Assembly (NCBI RefSeq): GCF_964355755.1
Contig: NC_092680.1
Coordinates: 13,587,045 to 13,651,044, forward strand
Length of the DNA: 64,000 nucleotides
Source: Antedon mediterranea
Lineage: Eukaryota > Animalia > Echinodermata
Direction of reading: 5' to 3'
Shown here: positions 47,319 through 59,700 of the stretch, piece by piece
Numbering within the stretch: position 1 is the first letter of the stretch
Layout of the letters: every line of letters starts with the position of its first letter
The notes under the pieces: generated by a model
Databases searched by the model: none
What the model was told of the DNA's origin: nothing
The model's input: only the letters and a program-made list of their open reading frames with translations
Translations under genes and position numbers: made by a program

Positions 47319-49626
47319 AACAGGGTTACAAATTCGGTACCGAACGAGGCCTACCAACCTTCTATCTATTTTGAGTAAAAATTCTGTTCTTGCGTAAATT
47401 TATATATATATATATCCCACTAATTTTTATTGTCAGAGCAGAACGAGCGTTGTGTATATTTATAAGTATAACAGGCTTGTAGCCAGGAGGGGTGGGGGGT
47501 TATAGTTCGGGCAAACCCCTACCCCCCTTACAGCGGATCCCCTTATAGTCCGGGTTCTCGTGTATTTCCGTAGGATTTTAATGCTAAAAGTGAGATTTAA
47601 CTTTATTATGGTGCTAGGATACCAAAAATGCTAGGTAACAAATTTTCACGATCCCGTAACCATGGTAACAGCCCCAAATTCAAAATGGTGACCAAATGGC
47701 CATATCTCCATAACCTTTTGGTCTATTGACAATATATTGGTATCAAAATACTCGGAATATATATATTTATATTCGTTGTAATAGAACATTTTTACTAATT
47801 GTAACCGGAAATGCTATTTTACTGTACCATTGACCCTTGACCTTGACTCGTACTGTATCTTAAAAACGGCTGGTCTAGTCATAGGAATTTAAAAATGGTC
47901 TCAAATTGCTCAGACCTTATATATTTATATTTATTGTAATGCAATATTTTGTTAAAAAATGTCCGGAAGCAAAGTTATTGACCTTTGACATAGAGAATAG
48001 CTTACACGAATTTTTATTCAGTAGTCTCTGGTCATATCTCCATAACCCCTTGGTCTATTGACGATATATTGTTATCAAAATACTCGGAATCAACATATTT
48101 ATATTCGTTGTAATAGAACATTTTTACTAAATGTAACCGGAATTTTTTCTGCACTATTGACCCTTGACCTTGACTCGCACTGTATCTAAAAAACGACTGA
48201 TTATAGACATTTAAAAATGGTCTCAAATTGCTCAGACCATACATATTTATATTTATTTTAATGTAACATTTTGTTAGAAAACTACCGGAAGTAAAGTTAT
48301 TGACCATTGACCTAATAAACATCAACTTTATGTATAAGCATTTATCTATTTGAGCATGTATCGGCATTTGTTTGTGGTAGGGATTAAAAAATGAGTTTAT
48401 ACGTATTATTATCATTCGATTATTTAATTTCTAATTCACAAATTTAGTTTTTATATATTTTATAAATAGTAGGCCTATATACTTTATAGTGTAAGTAAGC
48501 ACATTTATCTATGTAACTTTGGACAATAGTAAAAATTACAGCAGAAATTCATTGCACTGTATTCATTTTCCTCCCATCCACTTCACTAAAATGACGTAGT
48601 CAAATTTATTCTTCCTGCACTTTTCCTGAAATGTTAATTGCCATACTTTTACATTTTTCCTGATAAGAAACTGATAAGAAACTGGAGCTCCAAAATTGGA
48701 TTAAAACATCTTTAATTACATCAATACCATGCATTTATTGTGTCAGCATCCTCGTTGCCATTAAGACAGTCAAAGAGTGAGAGTGGTTGATTCTTCAACT
48801 TTTGTGTACCTTTTTTTCATATACTGTATGGAGGTTTCTCATACATTGAACTGCTGCCGGCCATACATTATTACGTGGTTAGAAGTTCCTTGGTTCTTAG
48901 ATGTTTCGAGATATGAGAAGCAATCAACATTGACTGCCATTTTGTGAGTCATTATTGCCAAGCCAATGAACCAATTTAAGGAGTGAGATTGTTAAAAGTG
49001 ACCAAGAGGTTTTGATGTTTACAGCATCTTATGATTTTATCTCCTTCAAGCTACTAAATGTTTTTAGTTTCATTTTCTTTTCAGGGAGTCAACCAGACTT
49101 TGCTCACAAACTTCAAAAAGCTTGACAACTCATTTTTTTTTTATTATATCTGTTTAAGATATGTTTCTTGACTTCTTTTGCAATTATTAAGACAATGTTA
49201 AACAAGGCCAACAGCCATAAGTCGCGTGCTCTCAGAAAAAAATGAACTTTCAAAAAGTAATGTACATCAAAACAGTTCAAAAAGTACAGAAAAGCGATAA
49301 AACGCATAGTGATACCGGACCGACAGACAGATCGACAGACCGACCGACCGACATAGTGAACTATTGAGTCGCATCCACGCGACTAAAAAGGTGTTTATTT
49401 TGTTATGAATGTATTTTGATGAAATCTTGAATGATTTACCGGTATGTGTTTTGTGTTGAAAGAGTGAGTTCGATGGTATATCTAGTTCGATTTCCTCATC
49501 TATATATAAATTTACGTAAGGGCAAAATTCGGTAAATCGCGCGTTATTTCTAGAATGTGTACTCGATGGTATATAAAGTTGGTTATAATCTCGGTACTGA
49601 TTTTAACCACCTGATGTAACCCTGTT
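47319..49626. mobile_element. Inverted pair of ~100-bp transposon ends (AACAGGGTTACA...TGTAACCCTGTT) flanked by TA
   Basis: The left end at 47319-47412 and right end at 49500-49626 share CAGGGTTACA and CTT(G/A)CGTAAATTTATATATA in inverted orientation. Confidence 0.5.
49201..49386 (-). mobile_element. Short (~185 bp) non-autonomous Helentron with the same termini as the element at 8416-9175
   Basis: AACAAGGCCAACAGCCATAAGTCGCGTG...GATACCGGACCGACAGACAG...GAGTCGCATCCACGCGACTAAAAA. Confidence 0.85.
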
Positions 49627-50676
49627 TACTAATTAAATTTAGTTAGATAATTAGTTATTGACAATTAAAACGAATTTAGGTTCAACCATTTGCCCCAAAT
49701 AGGGGTTTTTTCCGATCGTGATATACACTGTCTAATGGATGTCCTCATGAAAAATACCTGTACACAATAATACGAGGATACTTCGCATTTTCCTATCTCC
49801 TCCTACGATAATTGTTTTTAATAGCTGAAAACCGGTTTAACAGCTCGAGTAGAGTATCATAATGTTGAAGACATTTAAAAAATACTATTTTGATAGATTT
49901 AATATACGTTTATACAAATGTATTGATTTGCGATGAATGGAACATTCCAAATTATTTGGTTTAACCATGCTTGCATACCTCCATGATTTAACACAAGTAG
50001 GTCAATTTATGGGCCCTTTGAGAATAAACATAAATAGTATTGTAAAGCTATACAATACTGTAAATAGGTATTAACCACTTTTGGTAGCCATTTGAATCGC
50101 AAATTTCTTATTGTGTGCGTTGGTAGGCCTACTGTTTATTATAATATAAACAAATATACTAATAAACTTTATTACTGTGAGTGTGGGTAGCCCCTACTTT
50201 TAGATTATAAACACATAATAATATAATACTTTATTACTGACAGTTGCTTCTCAACGTTTGTATTAATTAATAATTACAAAAAAATATAAACGTCGTGGTG
50301 GTGTATCGTTACATGTACTTTACTATTTCAATCGACTATGACAGTGAAAATTTTAACAGTTATTAAATCGGAAATGTTTTACTCTATTTAGTGTTATGTT
50401 ATTTATAGGCCTATTAAAAAAAAACCCAACCCTCAATAATGTTAGATACAAAATACAAATTGGGTTTGTTTAAAAGAGTCCAAATGAAACATTTGGACTC
50501 ATTTTGTGAGAAGTTTCTCTTTTGGAAGTAATTCGCACGGTGCTAATTTTGGTTGACTACATAAATACATAAATAAATGTTTTATAGTCATGCGGTACGT
50601 AGGCCTACATTTTGAAATCGCCAGTTTTTTTTACGCTGAAATTACTATGTATTCGAGAACCATATGTGGGCACGAC

Positions 50677-50713
50677 CTAGATGGTACGCGAGCGAAGCGA
50701 GCGTACCATCTAG
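50677..50713. other. CTAG-bounded hairpin, probable Helitron-type 3' end
   Basis: CTAGATGGTACGC-GAGCGAAGCGA-GCGTACCATCTAG followed by T; no matching 5' end identified. Confidence 0.5.
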
Positions 50714-52103
50714 TCTTAAGTAATGCCAGCAAGACCACCAACCCATTTTAACTGTTTTCCTTCTGTTCTCTAAAGCCTGATCCGGGAAGAGAGCACTATT
50801 TAAATACATTTTTTTTTCTTTACATTCTAAATTAATTACAATCTTTTATTCACTGTTATTGGGTCATCTACGTCAAACCAAGCTGGTTCATTTGTGTTAG
50901 ATGGCAATAAGACGAGCATATAAATGAAAACTAGTAATGGGCAAAACAAATCTGCAAGATACCTTCCTAATAATATAGGTTATAATTACTATCAAATCTC
51001 AAATCTCACTTTGAAATTTACTACTTTTAGCCAAATCAGAAATCTTCAATTAATACGTTTATAGAGGTTCAAAGTGGCAATTGAAAACAATATTTGAAAA
51101 TGTGAGTTTAGAAAAGAACTGAATGCAGCATAACATAATTATCCTAGTGACCTGGAGGTTGTTGGCGTCCCACATTACTTAAGTAATGATGTATTCTTAT
51201 TAAAAGTGAAAATTACGTCAGAGTAGGGCCAAAACATCTGACCAATATTTATCCATCCTTGTAATGTAAAGCTATCCTCTATGTCAATGGTGAATAACTT
51301 TACTTCCGGCCATTTTCTCACAAAATATTGCATTGCAATAAATATAAATATATAAGGTCTGAGCAATCAGACCATTTTTTAATTTCTATGACAAGCCGTT
51401 TTTAAGATACAGTACGAGTCAAGGTCAAGGGTCAATAGTACAGAAAAATAGCATTTTCGGTTGCATTTAGTAAAAATGTTCTATATTACAACGAATATAA
51501 ATATATATATATTCCGAGTATTTTGATACCAATATCTTGTCATTAGACCAAATGGTTATGGAGATATGGCCATTTGGTCGCCATTTTGAATTTGGGGCTG
51601 TTACCATGGTTACGGGATCGTGAAAATTTGTTACCTAGCATTTTTGGTATCCTAGCACCATAATAAAGTAAAATCAAGTGAAATCTCACTTTGGGCATTA
51701 AAATCCTACGGAACCCCTATTTTCATACATGAGGAACCTGATTATTAACCGACAAGATGCCCAATATAAATACATCGCCCTCATCTCTAAAAACCCTCCA
51801 AATACGTGCCGCACACACAGTACAAAAGGTTATTCGTAAATTGAAAAATTCGTAAACTCGTTCGTGAATAACTCATACATTCTTTTCTTCGCTGTATGAG
51901 CGTACGTCGAGCGATACGTGTCTGTACATTTCCAAGAGTTGCAAATAAATTGCCGATTTTCTCCCTGGATGTAACATGATATTGACGCGTGTATCGTACT
52001 CATACAGTGAGCTGGTGCAAAAACGATTCGTACAAAGGACACCGCCAGACAACTGCGTACCTAATTGTTTAGATCACGGCAGTCAGCGCATGCATAAAGA
52101 TGA

Positions 52104-52588
52104 TACCGTAAACTCCTAATTGTAAACCTGGGTTATTATTCTTTGATTGTTTTTTAGGGTGGGTTACTATTACTAATCTTAATTTAGGGACTTGAAAATA
52201 GTAACCCACTTCAACTATTCCGTTCTTCAGCAAATCATAGCAAAATAATAAAACAGTAGCCTACGAATAAACAAATTTGTTTGAACTATAATTTTATTTT
52301 ATAAACTAAAAATCAATCAATCCTCACCCACTCCCGAGATCATCATGCATTATCTCCTTATTTTCAAAATACGGCTGCATAATAAACGACCAGTTTGTCA
52401 ATAGTTTTTGTGACTCTAATATTAACCCCATGGGTTACTGTTAGAGTAGTGGATTATTATTATAGATTGACTTATACTGTATAAGGTTGGTTACTATAGA
52501 AGGGGGTTACTATAAGAGTGTTGGTTACTATTAGAAGGGGGTTACTATTAGAGTGTGGGTTACTATTGATTTAAGTTGATTTACGGTA
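52104..52588. mobile_element. Tc1/mariner-pogo-like MITE with TA target duplication
   Basis: TA|CCGTAAA...TTTACGG|TA, with internal repeats GGGTTACTATTAGA. Confidence 0.65.
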
Positions 52589-52755
52589 TACCAAAATCCT
52601 AAAAACGATTTAAAGCTAATTTAAATGCATTTTTGAATGAAATTAGTACATTATTATATGTCCAAATCGTACACAAATATCTGCTGCTGTTGCATATCTC
52701 GCGGTGGTGTTTACAAATGAAACTGAGACCAGACGACAGGTGGCGCTGTTGTATT

Positions 52756-53065
52756 TCACAGTACAGAGCCATATCATAGGGTAATTTGTGTACTAGATTT
52801 TTTTTCATCCGCGAAACGTCTTTTTTTCGTACACAAAATGTGTAAAACAAAAAGAAAAACGAAACTGAGGCCAGACGACAGGTGGCGCGACATTGAAAAT
52901 TAGAAGCCATGCAAATTGATCTGCATATCACGTGACTATAATCCAATGTCGTAACTCTTTATATATTATGGCTCTGTCACAGTACAGAGCCATATCATAG
53001 GATAATTTGTGTACTAGATTTGTTTTCATCCGCGAGACGTTTTTTTTTCGTACACAAAAATGTTT
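52756..53065. mobile_element. 213-bp CA..TG MITE with an 8-bp TSD, followed immediately by a second, truncated copy
   Basis: TCACAGTA|CAGAGCCATA...TATGGCTCTG|TCACAGTA|CAGAGCCATATCATAGG...; element at 52764-52976, second copy from 52985. Confidence 0.75.
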
Positions 53066-54519
53066 CAAAAAGTACTATTAAACTATCGTTTAATAGTGCG
53101 TACTATTGTGACCCACAATCGTCCAATCAAATGACAGGAATTTATTTAGGTGTTATACAATAATATATATTACACTATAATATCTATGGTATCATGTACT
53201 GTAGTTTACATTATAGCATCCGATTGTTTTTTTTTCTAGACCATCAGCCGATACGAGGCTACTCAACTGTATCGATACCATCTATTTACAGTGATTAATA
53301 TTCAATTTCCTCGACAAATTGCTGTAAATAAATATAGGTAGAGCTACAATAAGCATTGAATTTGACTTCTCATCAAACAATCGACGGTTAAATAGTCCAC
53401 GCTGTCCACGTGTGTGAGGAGGAGGAAAAAAGTACGAATACGATCGTTTTGCTCATTGGTTGCATGCTGCATCAGAGTGTCTATTCCGACCAATTAGAGG
53501 TGCCATTTATCATGAATGTTATGTGCGAGAGTACCATTTCCGGCCATCTAGGGTAGTCATTTAACAAAATCCCCCCCCCCAACCCCCCACCCCCAATCCT
53601 TGACAGATCCTGGCTACGGCCCTGTATAATTCATTATAAACAATATAATTTCAATTTCAAATCCAGAGTTAACCTTATGAATATTTGCTTGGCTCTACTG
53701 TTATATTTAAATCGAACGCTGTGTTTTTACTCAATATTTTTCACTATATCGCATATTATAAGGGCCTACCTATATTTGCGGTTTGCAGCGTTTTAATACG
53801 TCGTTTGTATAATGATGTCATGCCTATTGAATCAATAAGCAATTGATGATAAGTTATCGATTAACGGGACCGTACCATTCAAAGGTGAACGTAATCAACT
53901 ATCCAAAATATAGGCACAGGTTATTTGACATAATAATACGTGTTTAACCGTAGGCAATCTGCAAATGTACTTGCAACTAACTTACATAGATTATAAGTTC
54001 AAAATCTGTAGTTTAATTTCCACGAGATACTCTCTTAATAAACGTAAAAAAATATCGCTGAAAAACGATGGTACCATCTTTAGTCGTAAAAGTCACTGCA
54101 GAGCGTAACATGGCTAAATAGACAGCAAATCAAGAACGAAGTTGGAAACAAGTGGCAGTGCATTTTTTAATCGCCTTGAAGATAGCGAGGATATTACCAT
54201 TAGGTAAATGTTAGTCCCTCTGTGTGCTCAGTCTCTGTAAGTAAATTCAATACATTTATATAATTTTTGATGGCTAATTTTAAATTAGATTGTAGTTCTG
54301 TAGAAACTTTCTCAACGTTCATCGTATAAAAAGTAGCCTAACGATGCCAAATTCAGCAGATAAATCTTGCATACATTTTTAAATAGAGGTAGATATTTGT
54401 TATTGCTTCTCACGTCGAAATCGTTTGTATGTATATGTATGTGTTGAGTTTTCAATCCATTTAGATTTGTTTTCCAATACATTAATCAATTAAAATCGAA
54501 TCGAATTATAAATACAAGA

Positions 54520-55030
54520 CTAGATTTTAACTCGTCATGGTAACGAGTTAAATCGGCGAGTGACGAGTTTAGGCTATTGCGCAACGCATCGTAACATACA
54601 GATGCTATTTATTAGGCTTAGCCTACAGTAAGCTGCACCACAACGATTGTACAAACAGCATAGCATCGATCAAAATATTTAACAAGCGTCAACAGTATTG
54701 GCATTGTTGACGGTTAGTTTTTATTTTACACCACTCACGTTTATTTAATTGTTTGAATATGATGACATTTTCAAATTAATGAATGTGACAAACTGTGCCG
54801 AAAGGGATAAAAATCCAATTTTTAAATTTCAGATGGCCATATGATGACGTCATAACATACTTACGGTCTAAATTTCACATGAATTCATATCTACAACTCA
54901 TTAGCTGGTCACCAGCCATCCCGGAGAGCTATAATCGATTTAAAATAGGCATATTTTTACACAAATTTGCATAAAATTAACCATTTAGACGCACGATTTT
55001 TAAAGTTTGACGTGCACGTGTGTCATTATT
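54520..55030 (-). mobile_element. Old, diverged relative of the 1.2-kb Helentron unit
   Basis: CTAGATTTTAACTCGTCA..GACGAGTTAGGCTATTGCGCA start, plus internal GGCCATATGATGACGTCA..ATATCTACAACTCAT blocks shared with the array units. Confidence 0.65.
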
Positions 55031-56782
55031 TTACATTTATAAATCATCCAAAATTCAAGGAACTTATCATTAAAAGGTATACAGAACAACAATCAAGTGC
55101 AAAAACGATCTGTCTAAATAACATTTTGGTAGACAACTTTTATTATTAAATTATACAAATTATTTAAATAATTCTAAAAGTTATAAAATATATGGAAAAT
55201 GAAAATTTACACTATCATGAACAAATATAGTAAATGTATATTGTATATTATATATTATAACCTACTCAATTTTAAATGTTTTCCCATACCGCCAGTGCTT
55301 ACTAAATATCTTGCGAAATATAATATATGATCAACTTTAGTTCTTTAATTTATATAAGATACCTGCATTTGACTGGGTTTACAATAACAATCGATTTACA
55401 TTTCTACTGTATGTCGTTCCAATCCATAAACTGTTGCTCTTTGCATTTATACACAACACCACATAAGCACATGTATACATCGGTTAACATTTATTATGTA
55501 TTATACCTTACTCTCAATAACAAAATTCCTTATTTTTTATTTGCTTATTTATTATAACATATTTGATACTACTACTGTGATCCACAATACCTTAAATAAT
55601 GTAATTCTTAATTATTATATGGCTATTTCAGGGGCTACTCATGTCATACTAGTTCGCTGTGTTACGGATATTTCGTGAGACCTGAGTAGGACCCAGGTGA
55701 ATTCCACTGAGTGTCGGTAAGGTATTAGTACCGAGTATGTGGATTATCATATTTTATTGGGGGCGAGATAATTTGCCAAGAATTATACCAGCCCAATTGA
55801 GCGAATAGCATGGGAGAAAGCCCACAAGAAATTAAAAAAATTATAAAAAGTAGTTTAAATAATAATAATATTAAACAGCCTAATACCAGAAAAGACTATT
55901 TACATAGTTTAAAAATGATATTAACGATAAAATTGACATATACTAATAAATGGACAACTTGAAATCATTATATTGTCCTTGTAAAAAATTCTTGGAAACA
56001 AACGAAAATTCGATCACTTAGTAATAAAAACCACCTAGACTTGTCCCGGGATGAGCCCGACGGGACAAATTGTCAGTAGAAGGTGATGTTGATCTCAAAA
56101 TTAAACAGGAGATGAGCCCGGCTGGATTCAATCCCGGGATGATACAGGCGGGATTTTTTTTTTTTCTTTTTTTGAGAATTTCGTTCCACTCCATAAATTG
56201 TTGTTCTTTCTCCTTCTGTTTGTATCATCGTATGTATAGAATACACTGCGGTTTCTTTAAAAGACTCAATGATACCAGTCTACTATTTCACGTCCTAAGT
56301 GTTATTATTGTAAATCACATGAATTGAAAGTAGTAGTACAAAATAAGCACTGTTTCACATGCAATGATAATCAACAATCGGTTGTCTGTGCAATACCATT
56401 TTACATATGAAATAATGTACAGTACAACATTAAAGACAGAATAGATTGTAATAGTATTAACACAAAGAGGCCTACATTGTTAACTATTATTTAACAAATC
56501 TTTTGTAACCCTTTAAGCTTAAAATTATCTCCTCTCGCAATTTATTCTTGCCTCGTATAGGCCTAGATGATTTCCTATGGACATAACATGCTGTAAGTTT
56601 TAGCATAAAGCAATAAAACTGTTTCATTGCTCTGTGGTTTTAGTGCAAATATTCCCAAATACAAATTATTTAAAATAATAAGTAGTAGGCCTACAGCTTA
56701 ATTATACCCAACTTATACCTAAGGTCAGTATATTATATGTTTATACTTTTTCGATATTTCCGTATTTTTCTACTGCAGTATT

Positions 56783-59700
56783 ATGAATTCATCAAAAGTA
56801 AACTTAAGGCGTGTTGCATCATGTACTGGATTTGCATTTCTGATGTTTGCGTTTGGTGCTATACTTGGAACAATTAGAATAACTGCAATCGATAATGCAA
56901 GATTCAAAGTCAGTCAGAGTTTGGAGTCAGATCATCTTAAACTGGAACATTTCATTCAAGGTACCGTAGGCCTACATAGAATCTGATTTAACAAATAGAG
57001 AGAACCTGAGAATAATTGAGTCGTTGTCGAGCAATTGGCTGCACTATACAAGCTTCTCTTTTTTTGGAATGTTGCCCCTCTTATTTTAATCATATTTACT
57101 GTTAATTTTTATCTAATATAAAGTTATAAGAGAAATAAATGTTACTTTGATTGATTGAATTGACACTTTCACCCAATAGTCAATGACAATGCAACAATCA
57201 TTATATATTCATTTAGCTCCACAATCTAGATAGTTACAAATTTTTCTTTATTCTGGATATTCATTAAATATAATAAATATTGTTCTTGGGTCTAGGCGGG
57301 GTCTAGGCCCGTTGCCACCTGGCCTTTTGCCATCCAAACTTTTGACATCCGGTCTTTTGAATTGCCACCCGGCATTTTTCCACCCTAGGCACTTTGCCAC
57401 CTAGGCCATTTGCTACCCGGCCAACTGCCACCACCGGCCATTTGCTACCCGACTGTTGCCACCTAGAAGGTCCATTTCAACTGAATTTTCCACCTTAGGT
57501 CATTATGTCCGGGATTATGTCCTTTTAAAGAACAATTATGAGGGGAAAACTGGCAACCTGGCGTGATTGTGTCAAAGACGCGTAGCTGAAATGCTACTGA
57601 TTAAACAGTTGTTTTGAATTGTTTTTACGAATTGTTTTGTGACAGTCAATTGAAATGCTGTATTTTATCCTGATGAAAATTGAGATTTAAAACATTAACG
57701 AAATCAATATAAATTTATTTAGATAGATACAAGGTAAACAACGTAGGCATACATATTGTTACTTTAACGTAAAACTATAGGAAATTAGCCTAAATCTGGG
57801 TCTAAACCATTGAAAAAAAAATGAAAATGATTTCCGTTTCGAAAAAAAATTTTTTTTCAATTGGGACAATTAAGAAGTGCAAATGTTTATTCAATTCCTA
57901 ATAAAAAATCAATGACACTCAGATCAAGTGGCAAAAGGCCGGGTGGCAAAGCCGGGTAGCAACATACCTAAGGTGGCAACAGGCTGGGTGGCAAAAGGCC
58001 TAAGGTGGCAATTGGCCGGGTGACAATAAGCCGATGGCGACAGGCCAGCGGGTGGGTATAGGCCGGGTGGCAAAAGGCCAGGTGGCAAAAGGCCAGGTGG
58101 CAAAAGTCCAGGTGGCAAAGGGCCGGATAAAACTTAATTACAATAGGAATCAAAAACCAACATAAATGTAAAATAATGAATGACTGATATGAACAGAGTA
58201 GAGTAGATTGTCGCCTTTATAGGCAAATTGAAATTGGATGCAGTGAATTTAAATCGGTATCGCCTATGTAGACATAATTTGGTTCAAAGCATTTGTTTTT
58301 TGTTGCAAAATAAAATCAATATTAATCATTGTTGTTGCTGTGCATTGATTTTATCACAATTGATTAATTGATATTACAAAGGAAAGTAAGTAGTGCTAAT
58401 TAACACAAAATGACTGACATTTTATTTTACCTATTTAGGTTAAATGTACAATTCTTTTAGTGATTTTAAACAAATTTATTCTTTATCCACCGCATTAATA
58501 GGACTATTATAGGCACTTTTGAAAGGTGAAAAATAAATACAAAGACAATTGTAATTCTAAATAGTAATATATATTTGATGAACACAAATGTTCGTATGCC
58601 AGACTATCTGGCAATATAGGCCTAATAATATATGTAATATTTTCCTCAACCAGATACCAGCATTTTGCATTAACAATCACATATAATTTGGTGTCGGGAA
58701 AGATAAAACAGCTATTATGTCCAAAAAAATGTGACCTGGTTGATAAGATTTCACTCAAGCCTTGCAGATCTTGAATGTGATATCATATCTTAACAATGCA
58801 ATTTTGAAAACAAATTGTGAAATAAGATAAATAAGAGATTTTGCCAAATTCTGCTATACTCTTATAAATTGATCAAATTTTCAATGTATGATTATTTCGC
58901 TTAAATTCCTAAATATATTTCAAATACTTTAGTAAACTATATTGTTATGCAAAGTTTGAACTTAAATTCCTAAATATATTTCAAATACTTTAGTAAACTA
59001 TATTGTTATGCAAAGTTTGATGATGTATTTTAATTTCTTCAACATTTCCATCCGCTCTTTACAGATGAGGTCTTCATTTCTAGAAACCTTCTTACGGATG
59101 AAACTGACAATTGCACAGAGCGTGGAATTAGCAGTTTCCCAACAATGTTCACAAATAAGGAACGTCTGAGGGGCGCGGTTGTCATCAACATTTTTATTGC
59201 AATTTATCTATGCGGTATAATTGGTTATATATGTTCAGCATATTTTGTGCCTTCTTTGGAGGTTATCAGTGAAAGTAAGTACAGTATATTTAAAAATATA
59301 AATTGTATAATCCTATTATATTTTTTTAAAGAGTTTCTTCTTTTTTTTAAAATCCATTCTCATCTTCAATTCAATATTTCTCTTCTTTAATCTGCATATT
59401 TCTCGTTTTCAATATTTTTCTTCACACTTCTTTTTTTCAGTCTTTCTCTTTTCTGTATTTCCCTCTTTCAATTTTTTTTATTCAATCCTGCTCATTTTCC
59501 TTCCATCTTTCTATTTCTCTGTCTATATCAATATCATAGTATCTGAATTAAAAATGCAATAATTTCTGTGTACTTTGGTAGGACTTGAACTTCAACCTGA
59601 CGTTGCTGGTGCAACATTTATGGCTGCTGGGAGTTCAGCACCAGAGTTCTTTTCAGCTCTTATTGGTAAGATTGTAGTCATTTTGTTACTTAAGAATTTT

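Larger units (their letters stand above)
47545..51745. mobile_element. Foldback/long-TIR element or two inverted copies (~450-bp arms)
   Basis: 47545-47990 is the reverse complement of ~51290-51745 (TTCCGTAGGATTTTAATG..CCCGTAACCATGGTAACAGCCCC..). Part of the arm is directly duplicated at ~48030-48310. Confidence 0.7.

Noticed and set aside
49499-50713. Canonical Helitron from A|TCTATATATA to CTAG|T
   Set aside because: The TCTATATATAAATTTACGTAAG segment is part of the inverted end matching 47319-47412, so the 5' end is not supported.
47471-53625. Single 6-kb element defined by CAGG..GTAGCCAGGA inverted ends
   Set aside because: Short, imperfect match with no clear TSD; more likely two separate small repeats.
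54110-54202. Upstream coding exon of SLC24
   Set aside because: The ATG at 54110 is followed by a stop after three codons; at most a non-coding 5' exon, unsupported without RNA data.
57924-58153. Proline-rich PPGLL ORFs
   Set aside because: Translation of MITE subterminal repeats inside an SLC24 intron.
58900-59021. ~61-bp direct duplication in an SLC24 intron
   Set aside because: Ordinary local tandem duplication with no further structure.
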